Notes under the pieces: generated by a model
Told to the model about the DNA's origin: nothing
The model's database searches: none
Seen by the model: only the letters and a program-made list of their open reading frames with translations
Shown: piece by piece, positions 8,652 to 19,225 of the stretch
How positions within the stretch are numbered: position 1 is the stretch's first letter
How the letters are laid out: each line of letters opens with the position of its first letter
Translations under genes and position numbers: made by a program
NCBI GenBank assembly: GCA_041288045.1
Contig: JBGGMM010000064.1
Coordinates: 1-47,964, forward strand
Reading direction: 5' to 3'
Length of the DNA stretch: 47,964 bases
Source of the DNA: Pseudobdellovibrionaceae bacterium
GTDB lineage: Bacteria; Bdellovibrionota; Bdellovibrionia; Bdellovibrionales; Bdellovibrionaceae

Positions 8652-10451
8652 TCAAAGCAAGCTCTTAAAATTCTGGATCGACCCCTTCACCACATCAATC
8701 GACTTCTGCCAGAATTGAGGCTTTCGAATGTCCTCTCCCAAATGTTTCAGAATCAAATCCTCGGCCGTCATTCGGCCGGTGTCGCGCAAGATTTCTTTGT
8801 ACTTGGGCCAGAAGTCAGATCCCAATTCCTTTCTTCGACTGTAGATGCTCAGGGCAAATAGATAGCCGAAAGTGTAAGGGAAATTGTAGAAGCTGGCGTC
8901 GTGAAAAGAAAAATGCATTTTGCTTGCCCAGAACATGGAATCGGGCTGGGTGATGGTGTCGCCATACCATTTCTTCCAAGCTTGATCGGTGAGCTCTGAA
9001 AGCTCGCGGGCACTGAGGGCTCGTTCTTTTCGCTTTTGATGGAAATTGTATTCAAATTCATAGCGGGCTGGAATGTTGAGAAGCAGACTGACTGCACCTT
9101 CAATATCAGCCCAAGCAAATTCCAATTTTTGCTCTCGGCTCTGTGAAGTGGCCAAGAGTTGATCCTTCAAAACAGTCTCGGCAAAAATGCTGGCTGTTTC
9201 TGCCAAGGTCATTGGGTAATCCAACTGATCCAAGGGCAAGTCTTTCAACACCCAAGAGTGATAGGCATGACCGAGCTCATGAGCCAAAGTGGAAATGTCC
9301 TGATGCGATCCCATATAGGTTTGAAACACCCGAGGTGTGCGGCTCTTGATAAAGCCAGTGCAATGTGCGCCAGGACCTTTATTCGGAAGCACTCGCGCTT
9401 CAAGCCATTTGTTTTTTTCCATCAAGTCGACAAATTCACCAAATTCAGAATGAGCGCTAGCGAATGCTTTGCGAATCTGGCCCAGTCCCACTTCAAAGTC
9501 TGTCGAGCCGGAGGCATGTGGCAAAGGAGCCGGTGCCAACAGATCCCAGGGATCCAATTTTTTCTTGCCATGCATTTTGGCCATCAAAAGTGCGGCTTCT
9601 TGGATTTCAGATTTGTTGTTTTCAACGGCAGTCATCATTGCCGTCAAAGTTTCTTTTTGAATTCGATTTTGAAAAAGTGGAGTGCTTAAAAAATCCACTG
9701 GCTCTGTGTGGGATCTTTTATGGCAGACTTCCAGTCGCCAGCCAGCCAATGAATTTAAAATGGCAGCAGCGGATTCTTGCTGCTCTTTCCAAGCCAGCTG
9801 AATCCCTTGCCATGCAGCTTTCCTGAGAGACTCTTGGGAGCTACGAACCATTCCTGCAGCTTGGGCCAGGCCGACCTGCTCGGTTTTTCCATTGAGCTCC
9901 AATTTCACTTTCATCGTTCCACTGAGCGCAAAATACAAATCCCCCCAAGCGGCAAAGCCGGTGGGTGAAAGTGCGGTCAATAGAACTTCCTCTTTCTCAC
10001 TGAGCATTTGGTTTTTCAAAGTCCGCTCTTGTTGCCAAGTAAAAAGAGAGCCTTGCAATTCCGGCTTCTGAAAAATCGGATCAAAAACCTTTTGATCGCA
10101 AGTGGTCAGAAAAATTTGAACTGGCTTAAATGACTGGGCAAAAGTGGATTTTAAATTGGAAATTTCAGATGATTTGGCCTTGGCCTTTTCATCTTTGGCA
10201 TCGACATTTTCCAGACAGCTGACATAGGTGCTTAAATTCGACAGAAGCACTCGGATCTCAGAATGCAAAAGCAGAATTTTCTGCAATTCCAAAGTCAAAT
10301 CTGACTGAGGGTGTGCCAGTTGCTGACTGACTTTTTGAATCAACCCCGTCATCTGTTGCATCTGCATTTCAGCTTTTTTTTGATCCGCTAAAAATCCAGT
10401 CGAATTCAAAGAAGGGTATTCGGATTCAATGTCCCAGGCTGGTAAATTCAT
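8652..10451 (-). CDS. pepF: M3 family oligoendopeptidase F
   Basis: TLAHELGHAYH zinc motif, YPMTLAETASIFAE, FYNFPYTFGYLF; 599 aa. Confidence 0.93.
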   Translation of the reverse strand: MNLPAWDIESEYPSLNSTGFLADQKKAEMQMQQMTGLIQKVSQQLAHPQSDLTLELQKILLLHSEIRVLLSNLSTYVSCLENVDAKDEKAKAKSSEISNLKSTFAQSFKPVQIFLTTCDQKVFDPIFQKPELQGSLFTWQQERTLKNQMLSEKEEVLLTALSPTGFAAWGDLYFALSGTMKVKLELNGKTEQVGLAQAAGMVRSSQESLRKAAWQGIQLAWKEQQESAAAILNSLAGWRLEVCHKRSHTEPVDFLSTPLFQNRIQKETLTAMMTAVENNKSEIQEAALLMAKMHGKKKLDPWDLLAPAPLPHASGSTDFEVGLGQIRKAFASAHSEFGEFVDLMEKNKWLEARVLPNKGPGAHCTGFIKSRTPRVFQTYMGSHQDISTLAHELGHAYHSWVLKDLPLDQLDYPMTLAETASIFAETVLKDQLLATSQSREQKLEFAWADIEGAVSLLLNIPARYEFEYNFHQKRKERALSARELSELTDQAWKKWYGDTITQPDSMFWASKMHFSFHDASFYNFPYTFGYLFALSIYSRRKELGSDFWPKYKEILRDTGRMTAEDLILKHLGEDIRKPQFWQKSIDVVKGSIQNFKSLL

Positions 10452-10936
10452 GACAGCACCTTTTCGACATCGGCTTCAAGATCTTTGGGTTCTGTTTGTG
10501 GAGCGTAGCGCTTGACGACTTTGCCATCTGGGCCTACCAAAAATTTTGTGAAATTCCATTTGATGGCTTCAATTCCTAAAATGCCTGGTGCTGATTCTTT
10601 TAAAAATTCGTACACTGGAGCGGCATTGCTGCCATTGACATCCACTTTGGCCATCACAGGAAAGCTCACACCGTAATTCATTTGGCAGAACTGTTGGATT
10701 TCATCGTTGTTGCCAGGTTCTTGGGAGCCAAACTGATTGCAAGGAAATCCCAAAATCACAAAGCCCTTGTCCTGGTATTTCTTGTAGAGAGACTCAAGAC
10801 CCGCATACTGAGGAGTGAAGCCACATTTGCTCGCCACATTGACAATGAGAACCGGTTTTCCCTTGTACTGCGAAAGATCCGTTTCTTTGCCTTGGGCGTT
10901 TGAAACTTTGAAATCATGAAGCGACTGAGCAGCCAT
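10448..10936 (-). CDS. Glutathione peroxidase family protein (Cys type)
   Basis: IVNVASKCGFTPQY, GFPCNQFGSQEPG, IKWNFTKFLV; 4-bp overlap with the pepF start. Confidence 0.96.
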   Translation of the reverse strand: MAAQSLHDFKVSNAQGKETDLSQYKGKPVLIVNVASKCGFTPQYAGLESLYKKYQDKGFVILGFPCNQFGSQEPGNNDEIQQFCQMNYGVSFPVMAKVDVNGSNAAPVYEFLKESAPGILGIEAIKWNFTKFLVGPDGKVVKRYAPQTEPKDLEADVEKVLS

Positions 10937-11017
10937 GGGATCTCCTTTGTTGGGATTCGAGGTGTTGAAACTTTAACCAGGCCCCGACAGGATGAAAAGC
11001 TTTTGGACACCGGGTTG

Positions 11018-11030
11018 TCTCATTTTGAGA
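11018..11030. promoter_or_regulatory. Palindromic operator-like site TCTCA-N3-TGAGA
   Basis: TCTCAtttTGAGA; the same motif occurs at 24965-24977 and with one mismatch at 2641-2653. Confidence 0.45.
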
Positions 11031-11047
11031 ATCTCCCTCTGAAACTA

Positions 11048-11075
11048 TTAACTCCAACAGGCCTTTCGCCGATAT
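11048..11075 (+). promoter_or_regulatory. Sigma-28 (FliA) promoter
   Basis: TTAA-N16-GCCGATAT, a near-consensus match, 19 nt upstream of a GTG start with a GAGGGG RBS. Confidence 0.75.
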
Positions 11076-11094
11076 GAATCATGAGGGGGAGCCC

Positions 11095-12498
11095 GTGTCG
11101 AAAATCCTTTTTGCTTTCATGACCACGCTGATCATTTCTCAATTCCTCTGGGCTCAGAATTATCAAATCCGCCAAATGGAAGCTTGTCAGGCCAGGAACC
11201 ACTATTGGATTTCTGACACTGAAAGCTGTGAACCTTGTCCCGCAGGCCAAAAACAAAATCCGGAAACAGGTCAATGCTACTATCTTGGAAGTAAAAATAG
11301 TACTTCCAACTCAAATTCGTCATCTAGTTCCAGGCCATCTCAAGCCTCTGCGGCTGTAAGCTGTGAAGCTGCGACTCAGAAGGCAATTGAGAATTGCGAT
11401 CCGGAAAGAAATTCGGATGTGCAAACGGCAAAAAGTGTGGCTGATGGAATTGTTCGTCAGTTGCGAATGGGAGCTCAAGCTTCTCCAGCCGCTTTGTGTG
11501 GTCAGATGGGAAGTTTTGCTCAGACTCTTGATATGGCTTCAGGCAGTTACAACGGTTATTGTTCGAAAGGTTATTTGGATTGTGAGAATGCCTGCGAAAT
11601 TGAATTGACTCAGATCAAAGCCTCCGTTGCGCAAGGAGCTGCAACTGCTGAGGAGCAAGCGGCTGTTGAGAAAAATTTGCGGACTTGCAAAAAGCTCAGT
11701 CAGAATGTTCGAGGGATCGCCGAAAACATTCAAGGTTACGCTCAAATTGAACAAATGAAATCGCAGTACTGCATCGGCAAAACAGATCCGCTGGCAGAAT
11801 ACTGCAAAATGAATCCCTCAGCTTCAATGTGCAAAAACGGAGCTTCGACAAATTGTTCGGATCCGACAATGGCTGCCACCAACACCACTTGCATTTGCTT
11901 TCTCAAACCAAACAGTCCGGCTTGTCCCAATGCCAACGTCAATGAATTTGGCTCGAATATGGCTGGCAAAATTTCTGGTGGCGGACCTGGCGAAGGAACC
12001 GACGGAATGCCAAGCTTGGGCGACATTGGGACCGCAGGCAGTTTCCCAAGTGGAATTGGGATGGAAGGTCCTCCTTTCAAACCCGGCTCCGATGATGGAA
12101 TGGGTGGACAAAAACCTCGTGGAGCTGGCGGACGCGCCAATTTGGATATGAACGGAAATGGACAAAATGCCAAAGGCGGCGGCAAAGGTGGAGCACCCGG
12201 CGGCTCGGGATACAATACGAAAACCATCGGTGGTTATGGCTACGGCGGTGCGGGTGGCGGAAGTTACGGCTCTGGTTCCGCGGCAAGCCCCTCGGCTCCC
12301 TATGGAAGTCGCGGTGGAATGGGCGGTCCTGGTGGTAAGAATGTCGATCTTCGGCAATTCATGCCTGGTGGAAAAATGGATCCTTCTCGCGGACTGGCTG
12401 GAATTTCAGGACCCGATGGGATCACGGGGCCGCATTCGAATATCTGGCAAAAAATCAACGCTCGCTATTTTTCAGTGAAACACAGCCTGCTCCCTTAG
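11095..12498 (+). CDS. Secreted Cys-rich/Gly-rich hypothetical protein
   Basis: Signal peptide ([19 protein letters not shown]); 18 Cys in the N-terminal ~60%; Gly-rich low-complexity region; C-terminal [20 protein letters not shown]. Start placed at GTG 11095. Confidence 0.8.
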   Translation: MSKILFAFMTTLIISQFLWAQNYQIRQMEACQARNHYWISDTESCEPCPAGQKQNPETGQCYYLGSKNSTSNSNSSSSSRPSQASAAVSCEAATQKAIENCDPERNSDVQTAKSVADGIVRQLRMGAQASPAALCGQMGSFAQTLDMASGSYNGYCSKGYLDCENACEIELTQIKASVAQGAATAEEQAAVEKNLRTCKKLSQNVRGIAENIQGYAQIEQMKSQYCIGKTDPLAEYCKMNPSASMCKNGASTNCSDPTMAATNTTCICFLKPNSPACPNANVNEFGSNMAGKISGGGPGEGTDGMPSLGDIGTAGSFPSGIGMEGPPFKPGSDDGMGGQKPRGAGGRANLDMNGNGQNAKGGGKGGAPGGSGYNTKTIGGYGYGGAGGGSYGSGSAASPSAPYGSRGGMGGPGGKNVDLRQFMPGGKMDPSRGLAGISGPDGITGPHSNIWQKINARYFSVKHSLLP

Positions 12499-13694
12499 AT
12501 CAAGGAGTGCAGCTCTTTCATTGCAGCTTCTCGCTGCGAATGCGCCACCAACACAGTGGCGCTCATCGCCGATTGCAAAGTGGTGTGAACAGGAATTTTC
12601 TTTTTCTCCAAAGCACTGAGAATTTGATGAACCACATCAGGCGAAGTGCTCCCAGTGCAAGTGGCAGAGACACTCGAAAACACGTCTTTTCCCAACTGGA
12701 AATCTTTGGATTGAGCCAATTCCTTTTCAATCGCCAATAAAATTTCTTGCGGACCTGTGAGATAAAAACAAACCCCCGGAGGCTTTGGCAAAATCTGCAG
12801 TATTTGCGGAAAAGCGATTTCTTTCTGATCGAAAAACTGTCGCATTTTTTCAATTGCTTCCGAGGCCGAATGATGGGGCGAATGAATTTCTAAAACTTTC
12901 TCATGTGAATTAATGGCTAGAATTTTTGCAGATTCGTACATTTGCTTTCCTTCCTGAACCCAAGTTCCACTATTTGATTTCTGAGAAGCGGGGCCGATAT
13001 ACAAAGTGATTTGTTTTCGCTTCGCCAGCTCCACACTGCGATAGTGCAGGACTTTGGCTCCCCAAAAAGTCATATCCAAAAGCTGATCATAATTGAGCTC
13101 ATTCAGAATCTGAGCTTCTTTCACCAAATGCGGATCCACAGTGAAAACCGCAGGCACATCTTTTAGAATTTCACAGACTTCAGCTTTTAAGTAAGCGGCC
13201 ATAGCCACAGCAGTCGTATCCGAGCCGCCGCGACCAAGTGTGGTGATTTCTTTGGTCTTTGGTGAGACGCCTTGAAAGCCAGCCAAAACGACAACTTTGC
13301 CAGCTTGCAGGGATTCTTCGACTCGAAAAGCTTTGACGTCTTCAATGAAGGCATTGACGTGAGAGTGATCAGTCAAAATTCCAGCCTGACTGCCAGTGAA
13401 GCTGATGGCATGGCATCCGAGATCATGCAAAGCCATGCTCACCAAAGCCATGGAAACTCTTTCACCTGTGGTGAGTAGCATATCCAGTTCGCGGCGATTG
13501 GGCCTGGTTGAAACTTGATTGGCCAAATCAATCAATTGGTTGGTCGTTTTTCCCATTGCCGAAACCACAGCGACGACTTGAGTGCCTTGGCGCGAAAGCT
13601 CGGCCAGCCGGGCGGCGACAGCTTTGATTTTCTGCGGGTCCGACAGCGTCGCCCCCCCATACTTTTGCACAACCAATTTTGGATTTTTCGACAT
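12495..13694 (-). CDS. lysC: Aspartate kinase
   Basis: [54 protein letters not shown]. Start placed at MSKNPK. Confidence 0.94.
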   Translation of the reverse strand: MSKNPKLVVQKYGGATLSDPQKIKAVAARLAELSRQGTQVVAVVSAMGKTTNQLIDLANQVSTRPNRRELDMLLTTGERVSMALVSMALHDLGCHAISFTGSQAGILTDHSHVNAFIEDVKAFRVEESLQAGKVVVLAGFQGVSPKTKEITTLGRGGSDTTAVAMAAYLKAEVCEILKDVPAVFTVDPHLVKEAQILNELNYDQLLDMTFWGAKVLHYRSVELAKRKQITLYIGPASQKSNSGTWVQEGKQMYESAKILAINSHEKVLEIHSPHHSASEAIEKMRQFFDQKEIAFPQILQILPKPPGVCFYLTGPQEILLAIEKELAQSKDFQLGKDVFSSVSATCTGSTSPDVVHQILSALEKKKIPVHTTLQSAMSATVLVAHSQREAAMKELHSLI

Positions 13695-13735
13695 GCCACT
13701 ATCTTGCTGCAAGATCGGCTTGGGTTCAACCGTGA

Positions 13736-14668
13736 TTATTTTTTAAGAAAATCACTGACCATGACCATGGCGCCTTTGGGAACTCGAATCGCATGTCTGG
13801 AAATTTGTGTCGGCACATATCCCAAGACCAATTCAGCATTCAAATCTTTCAAAGACTTGGTGGTAATGCCAATGGATTCGGCCAATTCCTTCAGATCTGT
13901 ACCACCGGGAACGAGCACGACGTCATACTCTAAACTGTCAAACTGAGCGACATCGCGAAATCCATAAAGGCTCGGGGATTTTGAAATCATCATGGCAGCC
14001 AAAATCTTCGGCACATAATCCACAGTCTCTTGCGGCAGAGCTCCCAATCGAGACAGAGCCCAGAAATCCTGGGTTTTGTATTTTTGAATCTGACGGCGAA
14101 GTCCGTTTTCTCCCATATTGTAGCTGGCAGCAACTAAATACCAAGAACCAAACTCGGCATAGAGATCGCGAATGTAGCGGATAGCAGCCAAAGTACTTTT
14201 TTTCAGATCGCGTCTTTCATCAATCCACCAATTTTGATTCAGTCCATAGCGCTTACCAGTGGCCGGCATAAATTGCCAAGGTCCCACAGCATCCGCATGG
14301 CTGGTGGCATTTGGGAGAAATCCACTTTCGATCATCACCATAAAAGCCAAATCTTGCGGAAGTCCGGCATTCTTCAGTTCTTTTTGGATGAAAGGCATGT
14401 ACTTACTGGAGCGCTCCAACCAATCGCGAAACCAATTTTTGCCTTTGTCCTGAAAATAAGAAATCCATTGGCTGACTTTGCGATTGTAAGTCACTGGCAA
14501 ATCAAAAATCACCGAAGCTGATTGCGAAGAAGAGGATTTTTTCACTCGAGCTTGCAATCGCTCTTTCAAGGTCATGGATTCAGTCTGGACAGGTTTCGCT
14601 GGCGGCAGACTGGCGTGCGCTGACAAACAGAAAAACAATGAGAATAAAAGGGCCCACGAGATTTGCAT
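13736..14668 (-). CDS. mltD: MltD-like lytic murein transglycosylase (SLT domain)
   Basis: MVMIESGF (catalytic Glu), [41 protein letters not shown]. Start at MQISWALL gives a signal peptide. Confidence 0.9.
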   Translation of the reverse strand: MQISWALLFSLFFCLSAHASLPPAKPVQTESMTLKERLQARVKKSSSSQSASVIFDLPVTYNRKVSQWISYFQDKGKNWFRDWLERSSKYMPFIQKELKNAGLPQDLAFMVMIESGFLPNATSHADAVGPWQFMPATGKRYGLNQNWWIDERRDLKKSTLAAIRYIRDLYAEFGSWYLVAASYNMGENGLRRQIQKYKTQDFWALSRLGALPQETVDYVPKILAAMMISKSPSLYGFRDVAQFDSLEYDVVLVPGGTDLKELAESIGITTKSLKDLNAELVLGYVPTQISRHAIRVPKGAMVMVSDFLKK

Positions 14669-14850
14669 CACTTCCAGATTATCAGAGATAGAATTTTGAC
14701 GGCAAAGACACTTCTTTGACGAGGCCTCGGGACTGTGCCTTTGTCGAGCCGAATGCGAAAACGAATCTTTTCGGTTCTCATTTGTTATTGCATGAGTCCA
14801 GCTTTCCATTTTGCAGTCAAAACCCGACAGAAGACGGGTCGAGCTTTTCA

Positions 14851-14866
14851 CGGCACAGGCGTTGCT
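14851..14866 (+). promoter_or_regulatory. Sigma-54 (-24/-12) promoter of the flgF operon
   Basis: CGGCAC-aggcg-TTGCT about 24 nt upstream of the flgF ATG. Confidence 0.78.
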
Positions 14867-14889
14867 CTGTCAAGGGTTGAGGGGGAGTC

Positions 14890-15705
14890 ATGAGCACAAA
14901 AGGAGTCTACACAGCACTGAGCGGAGCCATGGCTCAGTCGCAAAGATTAGACACGATCGCCAACAATCTGGCGAATGTGAACACTCCTGGTTTCAAAAAA
15001 GACCAGCAAGTTTTCAAAGAGTACCTCACTGCCAACGAAAAACCTCCCAGCGTGATCCAAGTTCCTCGCATTCCAGCTTCCGTCGAAAGTTTCTATGACA
15101 TGCAAGGTGGAGATAAGAGCTTTGTGGATTCGGCTGGAACATTTACCAATTTCTCGCAAGGCAGTTTGAAATCCACTGGCAATCCCATGGATGTCGCGAT
15201 TGACGGCAACGGATTTTTCGAAATCGCCACACCTCAAGGGGTTAAATACACAAGGCTTGGAGCTTTTAAATTGGATGGCAACGGCCAGCTAGTGACCAAA
15301 GATGGACACCCAGTTCTGAAGGCATCTCCCGAAGGCACGGATCCAGCGGCTCGCACTTTCCGCGTGGCCGGGGAAGCCCCGATCGTCATCACTGACAGTG
15401 GGGACGTGTTTGAAGGTCAAAACAATCTGGGCCGTCTGGCATTGATCGATGTGCAGGACAAGGACACTCTCAATAAAGTGGGTGGCTCTTTGTATGAATT
15501 CAAAAGCAACGCCAGACCCGAAGTCGTCAATGTTGCCAATCCGTCCTTGAAGCAGGGATTCGTTGAAATGAGCAACGTCAACATCGTTCAAGAAATGACA
15601 GACATGATTTCGACAACAAGGACTTTTGAAAGCGCTCAAAAGGCGATCCAAGCCTATGATTCGATGGCAGATAAATTGATCAATGTGGTTGGAAGCATCA
15701 AATAG
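14890..15705 (+). CDS. flgF: Flagellar basal-body rod protein FlgF
   Basis: IANNLANVNTPGFK, TGNPMDVAIDGNGFF, EMSNVNIVQEM; lies upstream of flgG. Confidence 0.92.
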   Translation: MSTKGVYTALSGAMAQSQRLDTIANNLANVNTPGFKKDQQVFKEYLTANEKPPSVIQVPRIPASVESFYDMQGGDKSFVDSAGTFTNFSQGSLKSTGNPMDVAIDGNGFFEIATPQGVKYTRLGAFKLDGNGQLVTKDGHPVLKASPEGTDPAARTFRVAGEAPIVITDSGDVFEGQNNLGRLALIDVQDKDTLNKVGGSLYEFKSNARPEVVNVANPSLKQGFVEMSNVNIVQEMTDMISTTRTFESAQKAIQAYDSMADKLINVVGSIK

Positions 15706-15714
15706 AGGTAAAAA

Positions 15715-16500
15715 ATGATTAAAGCTCTGAATACATCGGCAACCGGACTGCAAGCACAGCAGACAAATATGGAGGTCATCTCCAACAACCTGGCCAACGT
15801 TTCAACGAATGGATTTAAAAAATCCAGGGCCGAATTTGAAGACCTCATGTATCAGACAATCAAAGAGCCGGGCCAAGCGACAGGTTTGAACTCGATTTCC
15901 CCGACAGGTGTGCAAACGGGCCTTGGTGTGAAAACCGGAGCCGTGCAAAAGGATTTCACCAATGGCTCCTCCGTGGTGACGAAAAATCCTTTTGATCTGC
16001 AGATCGAAGGCGCTGGATTTTTTCAAATGCAGACGGCAGATGGACAGATCGGTTACACCAGGGATGGAGCTTTTAAGCGTGATCCAACTGGGCGATTGAT
16101 TGATAAGAATGGCAATGTCTTGCAACCAGAAATCACAATCCCAGCAGATGCGGCCGGAGTGGATGTTTCCGCCAGTGGCGAAGTGAAAATCATCACAGGT
16201 CTGAATGAGCCTCCCCAAGTTGTGGGACAAATCGATGTTGTCAATTTCGTCAATCCAGCTGGTCTGAAATCCATTGGTAAAAATTTATTTGTGCAAACAC
16301 CAGCAAGTGGCCAGCCGATTGTGGCCCGTCCCGGTTTGCAAGGCACCGGCTACCTGGCTCAAGGCCAAGTCGAAGGCAGCAACGTCAATATCGTGGATGA
16401 AATGGTCAACATGATCACAGCTCAACGCTTTTACGAGACCAATTCAAAAGCTGTGCAAGCCGCCGATCAAATGCTTCAGTCAACTAACAATTTGAGGTAA
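15715..16500 (+). CDS. flgG: Flagellar basal-body distal rod protein FlgG
   Basis: ISNNLANVSTNGFKKSRAEFEDLMYQ, FVNPAGL, EGSNVNIVDEMVNMITAQR; 261 aa. Confidence 0.96.
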   Translation: MIKALNTSATGLQAQQTNMEVISNNLANVSTNGFKKSRAEFEDLMYQTIKEPGQATGLNSISPTGVQTGLGVKTGAVQKDFTNGSSVVTKNPFDLQIEGAGFFQMQTADGQIGYTRDGAFKRDPTGRLIDKNGNVLQPEITIPADAAGVDVSASGEVKIITGLNEPPQVVGQIDVVNFVNPAGLKSIGKNLFVQTPASGQPIVARPGLQGTGYLAQGQVEGSNVNIVDEMVNMITAQRFYETNSKAVQAADQMLQSTNNLR

Positions 16501-16506
16501 TGATCA

Positions 16507-17448
16507 GTGAAAGTATTGACCTTTCTTTTTATCGCTCTGCTTGTTTCCTGGGCCTGGGCTTTTAAAGCCGAAATTCGAATTGCTGAAAAAAGCACGGTTC
16601 GAATCGGCGATCCCATCCGCTTGGGTTCATTGATTCAAGGTGAAGTTCGTGATCCAGAGCTCAGTGCTAGACTGCACGATTTGGTGATTTTCGAAGCCCT
16701 GGTGGATGAATCTGAAAAGACTTACCAAAGCGAAGAGCTGGCTTTGACTCTCAGACAAAAGCTCTCTTTTCAGGATTTGCAAAAAGTGGCTGTGAAGATT
16801 CCGGAGCAGTTCAAAATTCAAGCACGCCGAAATTTTCTTTATCCGAATGACATCAAACGCGAAATTTCTGAGCAAGCTCAGGTGAAATGCCTTGGCTGCA
16901 CAATTGAATTTGATGATCTCAACATGCCAGAAATTAAAAACAAGGGCGAGGTTTTGAAAACTCGAATGGAACTGCAAGCTCTGAAAGGGGCCGGAAGCTT
17001 TCTCATTCCGCTGATCGTTGAAACTTCGCAAGGCAAGGGAACCTATTGGATCACTGGCAAGCTCTCGTTTTACAAGCTGGCACCAGTGACCAAAAGACTG
17101 CTTCGCGCCAATGAAAGAATTTCTTCCGAAGATTTTGAAATGAAGAAGGTCGACGTCAGCTTTGCCAAAGACGGCATCCCGACTTCAGAGAGCGTGGCTG
17201 GAAAAATGGCGGCTCGAATGCTCACTGTGGGCCAGCCGATTTTTGAAAGTGATTTGAAAAAAGAGCCGGCTGCGCAAAGAGGCCAATCGGTGAAGATTCT
17301 GGTTGGCAATGACAGTTTTGAAATCGCAACACAGGGAACAGCTGAAGAGAGCGGCAGTGTCGGCGATCTGATCAAAGTGAAAAGTGCTGACACAAAAAAA
17401 CTTTTCACTGGTGTTCTCATTGAAAAAGGCGTGGTCCGCCTGCAATAA
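16507..17448 (+). CDS. flgA: Flagellar P-ring formation chaperone FlgA
   Basis: Signal peptide; C-terminal SAF-like region with RGQSVKI..GTAEESGSVGDLIKVK; located between flgG and flgH. Confidence 0.87.
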   Translation: MKVLTFLFIALLVSWAWAFKAEIRIAEKSTVRIGDPIRLGSLIQGEVRDPELSARLHDLVIFEALVDESEKTYQSEELALTLRQKLSFQDLQKVAVKIPEQFKIQARRNFLYPNDIKREISEQAQVKCLGCTIEFDDLNMPEIKNKGEVLKTRMELQALKGAGSFLIPLIVETSQGKGTYWITGKLSFYKLAPVTKRLLRANERISSEDFEMKKVDVSFAKDGIPTSESVAGKMAARMLTVGQPIFESDLKKEPAAQRGQSVKILVGNDSFEIATQGTAEESGSVGDLIKVKSADTKKLFTGVLIEKGVVRLQ

Positions 17449-17465
17449 GGCGAGGAGAGAGACGA

Positions 17466-18224
17466 ATGAAGAGAAGTGTGTTCTTTCAAGCTTTTTTTCT
17501 GCTGATGATTGCATTCAGTTTGATGAATGCAGGCTGTTCGACATTGCAATCCTGGATTGGCGCAGAGCCTGATGCCGACGCGGCTGTCGAAAAAGACGAT
17601 AAACCAGCGACCAAATTTTCTCAGACCCCGAATGTTCTCAATCCGTCGGATCGTCAGTACCGAAAAATGACCAAATCAAAAATGGAAGAAGAATCCGATT
17701 TGGGATCTCAAGCGGGCAGCATGTGGGTGATGGAAGGACAAGGCGCCTATCTTTTCACTCAGAACAAATCCCGTCGTGAAGGCGATCTTCTCAATGTCAA
17801 AGTGGAAGGATCGGCGCAAAAACAAATTGAAACCAAAGTCAGCGTGATCAAAAAGCTTCTCAAGCAACTCGAAGAAGAAGAGCTCAAAGCCAATCAACCA
17901 GTGGAGCAGCCCCCATTGGCTGATAACAATCCCAATCCGAAAAAGCCAGAAGCCGATCGAGCACCTGCCTCCACCGGCGAGAAAAAAGACGAAGCCGAAC
18001 AGCCCTTGGATATCGGCGCAGTTCCCACACGAATTGTCGAGCGTTTAGCCGATGGCAATTACCGCATCAAAGGGGCACAGCCTTTTATGATCGGAAAGCG
18101 TGAGTACAAAGTCATCGTCACTGGCTTGATCCGACCCGAGGATTTCAATGACGAAGGCGTGAGCTCCAGTAAACTCTTGGACCCGCAATTTGACGTGGTC
18201 AGCATTCGAAGGAACCAGCAATGA
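17466..18224 (+). CDS. flgH: Flagellar L-ring lipoprotein FlgH (divergent)
   Basis: Lipobox NAGC; GDLLNVKV; RIVERLADGNYRIKG; VTGLIRPED; gene position. Confidence 0.85.
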   Translation: MKRSVFFQAFFLLMIAFSLMNAGCSTLQSWIGAEPDADAAVEKDDKPATKFSQTPNVLNPSDRQYRKMTKSKMEEESDLGSQAGSMWVMEGQGAYLFTQNKSRREGDLLNVKVEGSAQKQIETKVSVIKKLLKQLEEEELKANQPVEQPPLADNNPNPKKPEADRAPASTGEKKDEAEQPLDIGAVPTRIVERLADGNYRIKGAQPFMIGKREYKVIVTGLIRPEDFNDEGVSSSKLLDPQFDVVSIRRNQQ

Positions 18225-19225
18225 GAAAAATATTAGCTCTGACAATTCTGCTTTCGACCGCCGTCGCTTCAGCGGCTCGCTTGAAAGATATTTCCAGCAT
18301 CCGAGGCGTTCGTGAAAACCAATTGGTCGGCTACGGAATCGTCGTCGGCCTGAAAGGCACTGGCGACGGAAAAAGCGAATTCACAGGAAAATCCCTCGCA
18401 CGAATGCTGGATAAGCTCGGCGTCAAGCTGGACGCCCCGCAAGTCGAAAGCAAAAACGTCGCAGCTGTGATTGTCACTGCCACTCTTCCTGCTTTCGGAA
18501 AAGCTGGAAATCCAATGGACATCACAGTCAATGCTCTGGGCGATGCCGGCTCTCTTGAGGGAGGAACTCTTTTGCAAACTCCACTGCGAGCTGCGAATGA
18601 GCAAATCTATGCAGTCGCTCAAGGCGCTGTATCGATCGGCGGAGAAGGCAAAAATGCTTTCACAACCGTCGGTCGCATCCCTAACGGCGCGATCATTGAG
18701 AGAGACGTCGGATCTGATTTTTCTTCGCGGAAAATGTACCGGCTGACTTTGCACAATCCGGATTTCATCACAGCGGCTCGCTCGATTCTGACAATCAATC
18801 GCGAGCTCGGCGGTCAGTACGCAACAGCCAAAGACGCTGGCACAATTGATGTCGTCACTCCATTCGCCTATGAAGGACGCGGCGTTGAACTACTGGCAAC
18901 AATTGAAGCGATCGAGATCAATCCGGATTCCAAAGCGAGAGTGATCGTCAATGAGCGAACTGGAACTGTGATCATCGGTGATAAAGTGAAAATATCAAAA
19001 GTCGCAATTGCGCACGGAAGTCTTTCGGTGAAAGTTTCAGGCAAAGACGGGAAAGCCGCCAAGGACGGGGCCGAGGAGAAAGTCATGATCCTGGACTCCG
19101 GAGTCAACGTCGGCGACCTGGTCCAGGGCCTGAATAAGCTCGGAGTCACTCCGAAAGACCTGATTTCTATACTTCAGTCGATTAAGGCAGCTGGAGCTTT
19201 GCACGGGGAGCTTGAAGTTTTATGA
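18221..19225 (+). CDS. flgI: Flagellar P-ring protein FlgI
   Basis: RLKDI..IRGVRENQLVGYGIVVGLKGTGD, KNVAAVIVTA, LEGGTLLQTPL, NERTGTVIIG, IKAAGALHGEL. Confidence 0.97.
   Translation: MRKILALTILLSTAVASAARLKDISSIRGVRENQLVGYGIVVGLKGTGDGKSEFTGKSLARMLDKLGVKLDAPQVESKNVAAVIVTATLPAFGKAGNPMDITVNALGDAGSLEGGTLLQTPLRAANEQIYAVAQGAVSIGGEGKNAFTTVGRIPNGAIIERDVGSDFSSRKMYRLTLHNPDFITAARSILTINRELGGQYATAKDAGTIDVVTPFAYEGRGVELLATIEAIEINPDSKARVIVNERTGTVIIGDKVKISKVAIAHGSLSVKVSGKDGKAAKDGAEEKVMILDSGVNVGDLVQGLNKLGVTPKDLISILQSIKAAGALHGELEVL

Noticed and set aside
10448..10936. Selenocysteine recoding in glutathione peroxidase
   Set aside because: The active-site codon is TGT (Cys), and there is no in-frame TGA.
14669..14851. 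Long N-terminal extensions in ORF-track calls (mltD from 14851; also 4134, 5692, 7575, 19584, 24316)
   Set aside because: Downstream starts give proper signal peptides, RBSs or domain boundaries, and the extensions run through promoter regions or upstream genes.
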